Positions 12,128 to 21,559 of a stretch of 64,000 nt of DNA are shown one piece after another. Numbering within the stretch: position 1 is the first letter of the stretch; every line of letters begins with the position of its first letter. The notes beneath the pieces were generated by a model, which made no database searches, was not told the DNA's origin, and saw nothing but the letters and a program-made list of their open reading frames with translations. The position numbers were made by a program, and so were the translations under genes. Source of the stretch: Trypanosoma brucei (taxonomy: Eukaryota); NCBI GenBank assembly GCA_000002445.1, contig CM000207.1:2592001-2656000 (forward strand), in the 5' to 3' direction.

Positions 12128-15100
12128 ACGTTCCTCTCATGGGGAACACTGCTGTGCTCCGGCTACGGCATCATACAGCACAGGGATCAGCAGCGTCTTG
12201 CTGGGACACCGTTTTTCATTTGTCGGTCCCTGGGCACGTGCCAGCGTGCCATCAGCAGTATCATCCGCACTAAGATGCTGCTGTCCGGTGATGTGGAAGA
12301 GAATCCCGGCCCGTCGTTGCGCGGGATGCAGTGGAACTGCGCCGGGCTATCTCAAGGAAAGAGATTAGCACTCCACAAAACCCTTGTTGATGAGCGGATC
12401 GCCTTTTGTCTGTTGAGCGAGACAAGGATGACGCCTGGAGAGGCGGCTTGCTTTAGCGTTGCTGGCTACCAACATCACGGAATAGCTCGTAACTGCAAAG
12501 GAGGTGGTGTATCAATACTAGTGAGGGAGGACCTACCAGTCGAGACCGGTATGGCCGTTATTGGTCGCATTGAACAAGTGCATGCAACAATTCACCTTGC
12601 ACGTGGAACGGCGCTGACTGTCACGTCGGCATACATCCCACCAAAACACACCTTCACGGCAACTGACCTAGATACGCTTCTGACGACTGACGGTGCCCAG
12701 CTCATCGGTGCAGACGCTAACGCACACGCGTTGGCATGGGATCGCGCGAGCCCACCAAATACCAAGGGTGAAACCCTCACACAGTGGTGCATTGACAACC
12801 AGTTTCTGGTATGTAACACTGGTGGGTGCACCAGGTACGCGCGCCACCACGGGGAGTCCACCCCTGATGTGACGCTGTCAAGGAATTGCACAGTGTACAC
12901 GTGGACATCGCTGTATTCTCCCGATAGCGATCACCATAACATATTTTTCGACGTTATCGTTGGAGACGACACAGATGCACTGAGTTGCACGCGGCCTCGA
13001 ATGCCCATGTACGCATGGCTAAAAGCTAACTGGAGGAATTTCCGTCTCAAGGTTGACGAGCTCTGCAGGAAAATTGGTAGAGAGAAGAACGTCAACACCC
13101 TGGAACAGAAATTGAGCTCCGCCATCCGCATTGCGACGAAGGTCTCCGTCCCCCGTGGCTGCAGAGCAACGCCACCACATTGGACACCTGAGCTCGCGAA
13201 ACTCGATGAAGAGATCGCTGGATGCGGACCCTCCCACCGAAGGGAAAAGTTGGTAGCCACGCGTAAGCAGATCCTGGACCGTACCACAAAGAAGAGATGG
13301 AGCACGCTATGCTCCAGACTTGCGGTGTCAGACCGCTGCAGTTGGCACATGGTCAAGAAGGTATATGCGCCACGACCACTAACAACACCGGCTGTACTTG
13401 TAGATAACGCGGCCATCACGGACTACCGTCAAGCTGAGAGGTTCAGTAAACTGTACTCGTCCCGTGCAAGAAGGCACCCCGACTCACACCCACCGGCACC
13501 AATAAAGACGATAGCGAGTGAGTTCAGTCCCATCACGATGGCTGAACTACGGAGATCGATCAAACTGCTACCGAGTGGATCCGCAGCCGGACCTGATTGC
13601 TTATACAACGAGGCACTGCAACATCTCGGCAGAACAGCGCTGAATGTTGTTCTGAGGCTATTCAATGAGAGCCTACGAACGGGAGTCGTGCCGCCTGCAT
13701 GGAAGACTGGTGTTATCATCCCCATCCTGAAGGCCGGAAAAAAGGCGGAGGACCTCGATTCTTACAGGACTGTGACGCTCACGAGCTGTCTCTGCAAAGT
13801 CATGGAACGCATAATTGCCGCGAGGCTTAGAGACACTGTTGAGTCCCAGCTGACGCCGCAGCAATCAGGCTTTCGCCCCGGATGCTCAACGCTCGAACAA
13901 CTCCTGCACGTCCGCGCTGCCCTCTGCCGTCCCACGCACCAATCTCGTACGGGTGCTGTATTCGTTGACTACGAGAAGGCATTTGATACAGTAGACCACG
14001 ACAAAATTGCGAGGGAAATGCACAGAATGAAGGTATCACCCTACATTGTGAAGTGGTGCGTATCATTTCTGAGTAACCGAACTGGCAGAGTGAGATTCAA
14101 GGAGAAGCTTTCCAGAAGCAGAACATTTGAGCGAGGAGTGCCACAAGGAACTGTCCTTGGCCCAATCATGTTCATTATTGTCATGAACTCGTTGAGCCAA
14201 CGCCTTGCAGAAGTGCCGTTACTGCAGCACGGATTCTTTGCAGACGACCTAACGCTACTTGCGAGGCACACAGAGAGGGATGTCATCAACCACACACTAC
14301 AATGCGGTCTAAACGTGGTGTTACAGTGGTCAAAAGAGTACTTCATGTCTGTCAACGTAGCGAAAACAAAGTGCACACTCTTCGGGTGTATAGAGCGCCA
14401 CCCCCTTACATTGCAACTGGACGGCGAAAGAATAGGAGCTGACAGGATACCGAAGCTTCTAGGAGTAACATTCCAGTGTCAGCAGGGGATGGCAACACAT
14501 GCGGCCGAAACGAGACGCAAGATGGACTTCCGACTACTGCAGATAGTGTCCATCTCAGCTTCTACATGGGGGCCAAGACGACAAGTACTGAGAGCTTTTT
14601 ATCTAGCACTCGTACAGGCACACACCATGTATGGCATTGAGGTATGGTACTGGGACGCTTCGGAACGGAGTCGCGACCTCCTCTCAGCAGCACAACACAA
14701 AGCCAGTCGCATCATAGCCGGCATACCGCATGGGACGCGCAAAGAGGACTCTCTGCTGGAAGCAAACCTCCTGCCACTCAAGACGACCACTCTTGTGCGC
14801 AGCATGAAATTCATGCTGATGTGTGAGTCACGAGGCGGATGTTTGCGGCGCAGTGCTGAAGAAGTATACCACAGCAAACACCCAGTCAGAGCCCAACATT
14901 CCCGCATCATGCGGTCCTACCCCCACCTCCGCATTGAGCCACGCGAGCACCCACTAGAGACATCGACGCTCCGCCACAGCTGCCGACCGATATTTCACAC
15001 GCAGATAAAGCCTGTGTGCGCTGATGACCCTGACGATGTCAAAAGGGAGGCTTCCGAAAAGTGGATTGAACGACATTTTGCACGGAGGGGGAAGGAGCTA

Positions 15101-17032
15101 CCGCGGCGAGAGCACTACGAATTGTGGACTGATGGATCCGTGTCCCTCGGTGAGAAGTCCGGAGCAGCTGCCCTGCTCTACAGAAACAACACGCTGATTT
15201 GCGCACCTAAGACAGGAGCAGGGGAACTCTCATGCAGTTACAGAGCGGAATGCGTAGCATTAGAGATAGAACTGCAACGGCTGCTGAAATGGCTTCCGGC
15301 ATACAGAAGCACACCTAGCAGGTTGTCCATCTTCTCTGACTCGCTGTCAATGTTAACAGCACTGCAGACAGGCCCCCTAGCCGTAACGGACCCAATTCTA
15401 AGACGACTATGGAGGCTTCTGCTTCAAGTTCAGAGAAGGAAGATACGTATCCGACTGCAATTTGTGTTTGGCCATTGTGGCGTGAAACGGAATGAAGTTT
15501 GTGATGAGATGGCCAAAAAGGCCGCAGATTTACCACAGTTGCGAGACACATGGATCCCCGACATCATTGCTTATGCGAAGCGAGTGCTTAAGTCGGAAGA
15601 AGTCCATGAGAACACTCATAGGTTTGGTATCACGGGCAACCACTTTCCAACAAAACATAAGGAAGAACTGACGAGGGAAGAAGAAACGGCACTGGCACGC
15701 TTTCGGGTTGGGTCTTCAAGACACTATGGATGGATGTTGCGAAAGATCAACCCGAGTGTGCCTCCACAGTGCCGATGGTGCAACCCGCAACATGCAGAGA
15801 TAGGGCCAACAATACAAACAGCCCCAACTGTTGCGACACGCACTCTTCAAAGAACCTCCGAACCGACAAAATGTACGGAATGTGATGCCACATACCAATG
15901 CCGCTCGAGTGCTGTAACGCATATGGTAAACAAACATGGCTTTGTGCGAGCTGATGCCCTCCGGAGGATCAAATACGGCGATGCAACACCTGCAGTGGAT
16001 ATCCCCCCGGAGCCCCCTCCAGTGGTGGCGATCGTTCCTCTACCATCGAGCACACGAGTCCCGATGAGACCGCAGGTGCTTCATTGTACCATCTGTGCCT
16101 CCAAATTCGCAGTGCCAGGCCGACTACTACACCACCTTAGAACAATACATGGCATAGGCAGCGGTAGTTGCCGCGTGAAAAGGGGGCGAGAGAACGAGGA
16201 CTCAGTGCAAGGAGATGGTAGAGCCCCAGCAGCGCCAGCCTCTCAGGATACACGGAAGCTGCCGTTTCAATGTGACCTGTGCGAGGCGAGCTTCGGTACA
16301 CGCTCTTCCCTGTCACTACACAAGAAATTCAAACATAAAAGCATAGTGATGGAGGACGGTACCGTGGTGTTGGTGCAATTCCCTCGTAAGCGTGCCCGTG
16401 AGGGAAACGTTGACGTCCCGGGGAAGGGCGAGGTGCAGTGCGGTGTGTGCCAAAAAGTGCTCAGTTGCAGGGACTCCCTCATCCGACACTGCAAGGCTTT
16501 TCACAAAGGTGAGGGAGTCGAGCTTAAATGCAGCAAAAGCACAAAATTTTGTGCCACTGATTCCCCGCATACAAACACATCCATGTTGGTGTGCCCGACA
16601 TGCGGAAGGCAGTGTGCTAGCAAAACTGGCCTCACCCTACATCAAAAGAAGATGCACGGTATGAAGGTAGAGCGCGCTGTTACCAGCCAACGCGGCGACT
16701 GCGAAGAAACGTCGCTGCACTTGATGAGCTGTCCCGGTTTGAAGGAGTTACGTGTCAGGTTTGCGGTAGAAGGTGAGTGTGTGCAGGATGTATGCTTCTC
16801 CAAAAGGCTGGCGCAGTTTCTCATTGCGGTTGAACGGAGCCGGCCGCATGTGAAGTCCTCACCTAAGGTAACAGTCATACAACCCACTCTCCCTTCTGCA
16901 ACTTCCCCCCTTATTGCCGAGTGTGGAGCTAGCAGGAAAAGCATCGGACGCAGGAATAGTCCAGACACCCTTAGAGACAGAGGAGGTATGCTGTCAACAA
17001 GCAACAGAAACAGAAAGAGGAGAAGAGAATAA
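12059..17032 (+). CDS. ingi multidomain protein: 2A-like peptide, APE-type endonuclease, reverse transcriptase, RNase H, 4x C2H2 zinc fingers; uninterrupted ORF
   Basis: The ORF track gives 12017-17032 (1671 aa). The first in-element Met is at 12059 (MPATSTW...). Domain order: DVEENPGP at aa about 92-99, endonuclease about 12330-13000, RT motifs (FRPGCS, FVDYEKAFD, FADD) about 13560-14300, RNase H (YELWTDGS...GHCGVKRNEVCDEMAKKAA) about 15120-15530, C2H2 fingers about 16080-16650. No frameshifts or stops. Confidence 0.85.
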   Translation: MPATSTWCHGPVPRIIGGSQEPATFLSWGTLLCSGYGIIQHRDQQRLAGTPFFICRSLGTCQRAISSIIRTKMLLSGDVEENPGPSLRGMQWNCAGLSQGKRLALHKTLVDERIAFCLLSETRMTPGEAACFSVAGYQHHGIARNCKGGGVSILVREDLPVETGMAVIGRIEQVHATIHLARGTALTVTSAYIPPKHTFTATDLDTLLTTDGAQLIGADANAHALAWDRASPPNTKGETLTQWCIDNQFLVCNTGGCTRYARHHGESTPDVTLSRNCTVYTWTSLYSPDSDHHNIFFDVIVGDDTDALSCTRPRMPMYAWLKANWRNFRLKVDELCRKIGREKNVNTLEQKLSSAIRIATKVSVPRGCRATPPHWTPELAKLDEEIAGCGPSHRREKLVATRKQILDRTTKKRWSTLCSRLAVSDRCSWHMVKKVYAPRPLTTPAVLVDNAAITDYRQAERFSKLYSSRARRHPDSHPPAPIKTIASEFSPITMAELRRSIKLLPSGSAAGPDCLYNEALQHLGRTALNVVLRLFNESLRTGVVPPAWKTGVIIPILKAGKKAEDLDSYRTVTLTSCLCKVMERIIAARLRDTVESQLTPQQSGFRPGCSTLEQLLHVRAALCRPTHQSRTGAVFVDYEKAFDTVDHDKIAREMHRMKVSPYIVKWCVSFLSNRTGRVRFKEKLSRSRTFERGVPQGTVLGPIMFIIVMNSLSQRLAEVPLLQHGFFADDLTLLARHTERDVINHTLQCGLNVVLQWSKEYFMSVNVAKTKCTLFGCIERHPLTLQLDGERIGADRIPKLLGVTFQCQQGMATHAAETRRKMDFRLLQIVSISASTWGPRRQVLRAFYLALVQAHTMYGIEVWYWDASERSRDLLSAAQHKASRIIAGIPHGTRKEDSLLEANLLPLKTTTLVRSMKFMLMCESRGGCLRRSAEEVYHSKHPVRAQHSRIMRSYPHLRIEPREHPLETSTLRHSCRPIFHTQIKPVCADDPDDVKREASEKWIERHFARRGKELPRREHYELWTDGSVSLGEKSGAAALLYRNNTLICAPKTGAGELSCSYRAECVALEIELQRLLKWLPAYRSTPSRLSIFSDSLSMLTALQTGPLAVTDPILRRLWRLLLQVQRRKIRIRLQFVFGHCGVKRNEVCDEMAKKAADLPQLRDTWIPDIIAYAKRVLKSEEVHENTHRFGITGNHFPTKHKEELTREEETALARFRVGSSRHYGWMLRKINPSVPPQCRWCNPQHAEIGPTIQTAPTVATRTLQRTSEPTKCTECDATYQCRSSAVTHMVNKHGFVRADALRRIKYGDATPAVDIPPEPPPVVAIVPLPSSTRVPMRPQVLHCTICASKFAVPGRLLHHLRTIHGIGSGSCRVKRGRENEDSVQGDGRAPAAPASQDTRKLPFQCDLCEASFGTRSSLSLHKKFKHKSIVMEDGTVVLVQFPRKRAREGNVDVPGKGEVQCGVCQKVLSCRDSLIRHCKAFHKGEGVELKCSKSTKFCATDSPHTNTSMLVCPTCGRQCASKTGLTLHQKKMHGMKVERAVTSQRGDCEETSLHLMSCPGLKELRVRFAVEGECVQDVCFSKRLAQFLIAVERSRPHVKSSPKVTVIQPTLPSATSPLIAECGASRKSIGRRNSPDTLRDRGGMLSTSNRNRKRRRE

Positions 17033-17308
17033 TAAACGAATAACAAAAATAAAAACAAAAGGATTGCTAATTGACATCTTTTGGAGAGTCCGGGGTGAAG
17101 GGATTCTCGCCCCATCTGCTGTATTCCGTTCAACTGCGGAGCTACAACAAAAATTATAGAGAGTGTGTGTGTTAGGATGAATGAAAAAGGGAGACTCTGC
17201 CACAGTCGCCAGACCGATAGCATCTCAGGGCTCTACGGTGATGGCTGATGGCCGCGCCAGTGGGTGGAAACTCTCACGAAGGCACGAAGAAAATTCTAAA
17301 AAAAAAAA

Positions 17309-17320
17309 TTTGTTTGAAGC
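17309..17320 (+). repeat. Target-site duplication (3' copy): TTTGTTTGAAGC
   Basis: Identical to 12039-12050. Confidence 0.85.
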
Positions 17321-18654
17321 AACAACGAAGGCCTCATGGGAGACCTTGGCGGAGTAAATTTGGCCGGCATTTTTAGGAAATAGTAAGGGTTGGTATACAT
17401 CAACTCTCAAAAAAGCTGGTGACTTTGTGTAAAAAAATTAAAAGTCTGGTTTATAGTTTTTTATTTCTAATTTTTCTTCTGTTGTTATTTTTACGATAAT
17501 TCCTTAAATTTAAGGCATCTATTAGGTTAAGTTTTTACTTAATTTAAATAAACATGCAAATATTTAAAATATTTCCCATATTTATGTTACTGGGAATTCA
17601 AATCTAATGGTGTGCAATCCTGTCATTCTCCACTACAGCCTTGTCAGTACGTAGTGGTTGGGCGACAACATAACGTCTTTGCATAGCTCGTATGAGCATC
17701 TGCATCTGGGGTGCTCTGAAATCAGGCTTGTGTTAAGTCTTCTTTGTTTAAAACTAGATAATTTGGGTTCGGAAGGCGCCTTCTTATCTGGTTTTGCTCT
17801 GTTAATACGATGCATTAGTTTTGATTCACCACAAGTCTTATGGTAACTATTCGTCCACTATAAGGCCTTTGTGTCTGTTCATCATATCAATACGTAATTG
17901 AAAGAGTACTATCATTGATTCTCTCAACTTCATATACCTCGTCTATATCTTTATATATGTTCTTTGTTAAGCAGCCTCAGCGTCTTTATTTTTCATGTCC
18001 TGTCCGTAGTAAAACATTAGTAGTTCTTTTTTTTAAAAATTCTTACTCTATATATAATATTATATATATTTTGGAAAGTATTGAATAGGAGTACTGTATT
18101 TTATGGGAAAATTAGACAATACCTCACGCTTATCCAATTCTTCCACGCATATCTCTCACAGCTCATTATTGAAATGCGCCTTCAGATTAAAAACGAGTCG
18201 TGATCATTTTCAGCGTTGAATCTATCCATTTTGCAAATACGGGATAGAAACAGCTTTTTCTGCTCATGTATTTTTTCTTGTGTTTTTTATTCCGCCTCCG
18301 AATGCTTTACTCTGTATTTTTTCCTTCTATTTTATCTTCGCACTGCTCCTGCGTGTGGCATAGTGACACCATTTGCTTTATACAGCACACATGCTTCTTC
18401 TCCCTCAATTTTACTTTCTTTTCCCTCTTCTGCGATGATGTCAGTCGACATGTTTGTGTCCTAAACTCTTCATATTCCATATAATACTTTTTTATATTCC
18501 TCACTTCCTTATTTTTATCTTTCGTTCTCCATTCTTTAAATAGTTTTCCTGTGATTCTCTCTTCAGTTTCTTATTCTTTCTCACCCTCACATCAATTCAC
18601 TTACTCTTATTGCACGTTAACCATTGCCGTAAGTGTTTCTATTTGTAAGCTCAT

Positions 18655-18735
18655 TCATTACTATTACTGCTCTTATTATAATATTAGTATATATACACTC
18701 ACAACACTCTCCTATTATTATTATTTAATAAAGAA
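18655..18735 (-). repeat. VSG-associated 70-bp repeat (single unit)
   Basis: The plus strand reads cattactattactgctcttattataatattagtatatatacactcacaacactctcctattattattattt. On the minus strand this is TRR triplets + GAGAGTGTTGTGAGTGTATATA + ATATTATAATAAGAGCAGTAAT. Confidence 0.8.
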
Positions 18736-18848
18736 AATAAAATAAATTAGAATAGCACACATTTTTCACACACTATTATCCTACTACTTTACACCCATAT
18801 GCCACGTTCATACACATGTTACTAAGAGTCGCACACTTCAATAATAGA

Positions 18849-18864
18849 GGGTTGAAATATATCA
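18849..18864 (-). promoter_or_regulatory. Degenerate VSG 3' UTR 16-mer-like element
   Basis: gttgaaatatatca sits about 90 bp 3' of the stop of VSG 18947-20476. Confidence 0.4.
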
Positions 18865-18946
18865 ACGTTTAGAAAATATTAGCAAATTATTACAAAAATA
18901 TTTTTCTTATAAAACAACATATTTATAAATAAAAATACCTAAAATT

Positions 18947-20476
18947 CTACAAATCCACAAAATCAGAAACAATCGGGGCGAATTGTTTTTTTAGGAGAAA
19001 ACTGGAGTCTTTGCATTCTGTTCCTTCCCATTTGCAGCCATCTTTGCAATCTTTCTCTGGTTTCCCTTTGCATTTTTCTGTTGTTGCCTCTCCTGTTCTT
19101 GCTTTTCCGGTTGTTCCTTCTACAGCCTTCGGTTTGCATTCGCTCTTGACTTTATCATAATTGCACTCTGCGCCTGTGCAACCGCTTTCATTGCCGTTGA
19201 ACGTTTCGCATAGTCTCGGACCCGCCGTTGTTATGCTCGGCTGTGCTGGTGCTATGCCCGGCTGTGTTGCTGCTGTTAGTGTACCTGCTGGTGCGATGGC
19301 AACTTGTTTGAATATTGCTTCAACTTGCCTTCGCATTGACGTTATTTGACGCTGCGTCGTATCTCGGTGAGCCTTCGCTTGTTCTGCTGCGTTAAGCTTG
19401 TCCACCGCTTCCTGCAGCTTTTGTTCCCACCCTATTTCTGTTGCCGATGCTTCGCTTGTTGAAGCAGTGGCCTTTGTCAGGTCTATGCAGGCGGTGCCGG
19501 CGTGATCTTTGCAGGTGTTGTCGTCGGTTTTGGTTCCTAGGATGACGGCCCTCCCACCGGCGTTGCCCACGTCCCTGTAGAGCCTCTTCAGCGCTGCCAG
19601 TCTCTTCGTTATCGCTTCGGCTGTTAGTTTGATCTGCTTGTTTTTCTTGCAGATGGAATCGTATGTTGCGTAGTGAGTTTTCATGTTTCCTGAGCTCCAA
19701 TCCGAGAGGTTTGGCGTTGAAGAGTCGCCGCATATATCTTTGCTTTGTGTTGACCCTTTGGCACATATACAGACTAGCGCTCCGCAGATGGCCTCGCCAG
19801 CTTTTGGTAGTTCGCAGGTTTTTTGCCGGCTGGTGTCTACTTTGACGTTGCACTTGTGGTTGCTTTGCGCCGGAACGGGGTCGACGTTATACGCCGCCTT
19901 GTTAAGTAGGGTGGTTACGGCTGCTTTAAGACCAGTTACATGTGCTTTGTGGTTGGTCTCCCAGTTTTTTTTGAGTTTCTCTGCTTCCTCCAGCAGGCTT
20001 GCAACTTGTAACGCGGCTGATCTACCGTAGCTTGAAGTTAACTTGACTTCTTCGAGTTTCAGCTTGTCTGGTCGTATATTGTTGTCTTTTGCTTTCACTT
20101 TCGCAGTTTCCCACTTTTTCCAGTGGCTTTTGCATGGGTCTGTCGCCGCTTTTCCTTTGCAGGGGACTGGTTCATCAGTTGGTTTGGAAGCGTCATCCGA
20201 GAATTGCTTGCTCCAGTTAGGATCTGCTAGTGTCATGTTTAACGCCTCCATTATGGTAAGGTCATTTGTATCTATTTCCTCGTCGCTTAGAGCACTCATA
20301 TCTGCTTCTGTTAGTTTTATGAACTCGCACAGAGCGGTCAACTCCGCGGCGTTTTTGCTTTGGTCCGGGCCGGCTGCCTCGCAACGCATAGCGCTGCAAA
20401 CGAGGGCTATAAAAATAAGCATTGAGGGTGCTAGTCTTCGAGTCATCGTTTGCTGTATCGGAGTGTTTATTCGCAT
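18947..20476 (-). CDS. VSG: VSG, full-length ORF (509 aa) with an atypical, probably defective, GPI-signal C-terminus
   Basis: It has an N-terminal signal peptide (…RRLAPSMLIFIALVCSAMRCEAAG) and an a-type N-terminus (AAELTALCEFIKLTEADMSALS). A Cys-rich C-terminal domain ends in CKDSSFLLKKQFAPIVSDFVDL, where a hydrophobic SVVSAAFVALLF-type tail is expected. Confidence 0.85.
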   Translation of the reverse strand: MRINTPIQQTMTRRLAPSMLIFIALVCSAMRCEAAGPDQSKNAAELTALCEFIKLTEADMSALSDEEIDTNDLTIMEALNMTLADPNWSKQFSDDASKPTDEPVPCKGKAATDPCKSHWKKWETAKVKAKDNNIRPDKLKLEEVKLTSSYGRSAALQVASLLEEAEKLKKNWETNHKAHVTGLKAAVTTLLNKAAYNVDPVPAQSNHKCNVKVDTSRQKTCELPKAGEAICGALVCICAKGSTQSKDICGDSSTPNLSDWSSGNMKTHYATYDSICKKNKQIKLTAEAITKRLAALKRLYRDVGNAGGRAVILGTKTDDNTCKDHAGTACIDLTKATASTSEASATEIGWEQKLQEAVDKLNAAEQAKAHRDTTQRQITSMRRQVEAIFKQVAIAPAGTLTAATQPGIAPAQPSITTAGPRLCETFNGNESGCTGAECNYDKVKSECKPKAVEGTTGKARTGEATTEKCKGKPEKDCKDGCKWEGTECKDSSFLLKKQFAPIVSDFVDL

Positions 20477-21234
20477 TTACAGCCTACTGTTCGCTGGCCT
20501 GGTTACTGTCTTTTCTTATTTAGAGGCAGATGCTGTCCCTACAAGAAACGCAAGTGCATATTGTAACGGCTTCATTCTTATCGACAATTTAAAAAAATAA
20601 ATATATGGCATGAAGCTTGCCTTGGGTTTACATATTCTAATTGACGTTCATTTACAATATACCAAACAGGTTTGCTTATAATCTATATCATTCACTTTCC
20701 ATTCCATCCATGGTATTTGTCAAGTAAAAAACACCCATATTCACTCTATAAAACTTCGGCCAAGGCCCTTACCGCTTAACATCAACATCCACTGTAGAAT
20801 TAAAAACATCAGTTGGCACCTTCTCCGCTGCCACATCTATTTATGTATGAAATACATGGTATAATTGATTTATGCTGCTCATCATAATGTACCATTTGAC
20901 TCTTTGCTGTACTGCTGTGTTGCGTATTCTATAATTTCATTAATTTTTCTTTCCCGCCTCTCTACTACTTCCTATGCTTCAGTTTATGCAGCGAATTCAT
21001 TTGGAACGCACATTTTCCTATCTACCACGCTCATTGTCCCTTACTAAAATCTTCTGGTATACAATGATGCCCATAATCATATTTGTATTTGAAACTTCGA
21101 ATATTCCATATCCCTTTCTTTCACGCTGCCTTTCTGACTCACCATCTAACTTATTCAGTTACTCCCATAGGGCGTTTTCAATTGCTTTAAGTGCATTTAT
21201 TTTGGCTAAGGTTCCGTTCTGCATCACCACGCTT

Positions 21235-21310
21235 ATAATATTATTATATATCTTTATTACAACTTTTCTATCATTATTATAATCATTATTGCTGTTGCTA
21301 TTATAATTCT
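21235..21310 (-). repeat. Degenerate 70-bp-repeat-like element
   Basis: TTA/TCA triplet-rich sequence (attattatatatctttattacaac...tcattattataatcattattgctgttgctattataattc) at the position expected upstream of VSG 18947-20476. Confidence 0.35.
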
Positions 21311-21559
21311 AACTAATATACATAAAATAAACAAATGAAGAAAAAGTTAGAGTATTAATCATTTTTCATACTCTATTACCCTGCTAAGTTTCATTCATAG
21401 ACCACAATAATATCAAAATGTCATAATTGTTACTAATTTGTACATTTTCATTGAATGTGTCGTAATCTATCATATTTTAGAGAAATTTACCAAGTTTTCT
21501 CAGAACAGCAAATTTTAATAAATTCCATAAAATTGAAAAAAAATCTTTTAAAATTCTTA

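Larger units (their letters stand above)
12051..17308 (+). mobile_element. Full-length ingi non-LTR (LINE-like) retrotransposon, 5258 bp, ending in an 11-nt A-run
   Basis: The 5' end starts with the conserved ingi/RIME/L1Tc signature CCCTGGCG-TGCCGGCCACCTCAACGTGGTGCC...GTATCATCGGGGGAAGCCAAGAGCCAGCA. A single long ORF encodes EN, RT, RNase H and zinc-finger domains. The 3' UTR ends in A11 at 17298-17308 and the element is flanked by a perfect 12-bp direct repeat. Confidence 0.95.

Noticed and set aside
19392-19853. Long antisense or alternative-frame ORFs overlapping VSG and ingi coding sequence (e.g. 19392-19853, 20043-20600, 26793-27305, 26967-27317 Arg-rich, 12931-13419, 16642-17223, 727-1131, 57868-58425, 58292-58849)
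   Set aside because: They lack VSG-like or any domain-like features and are compositionally biased (Arg/Ser/Leu-rich). They are fully explained as shadow ORFs of the GC-richer coding strand opposite a real gene.
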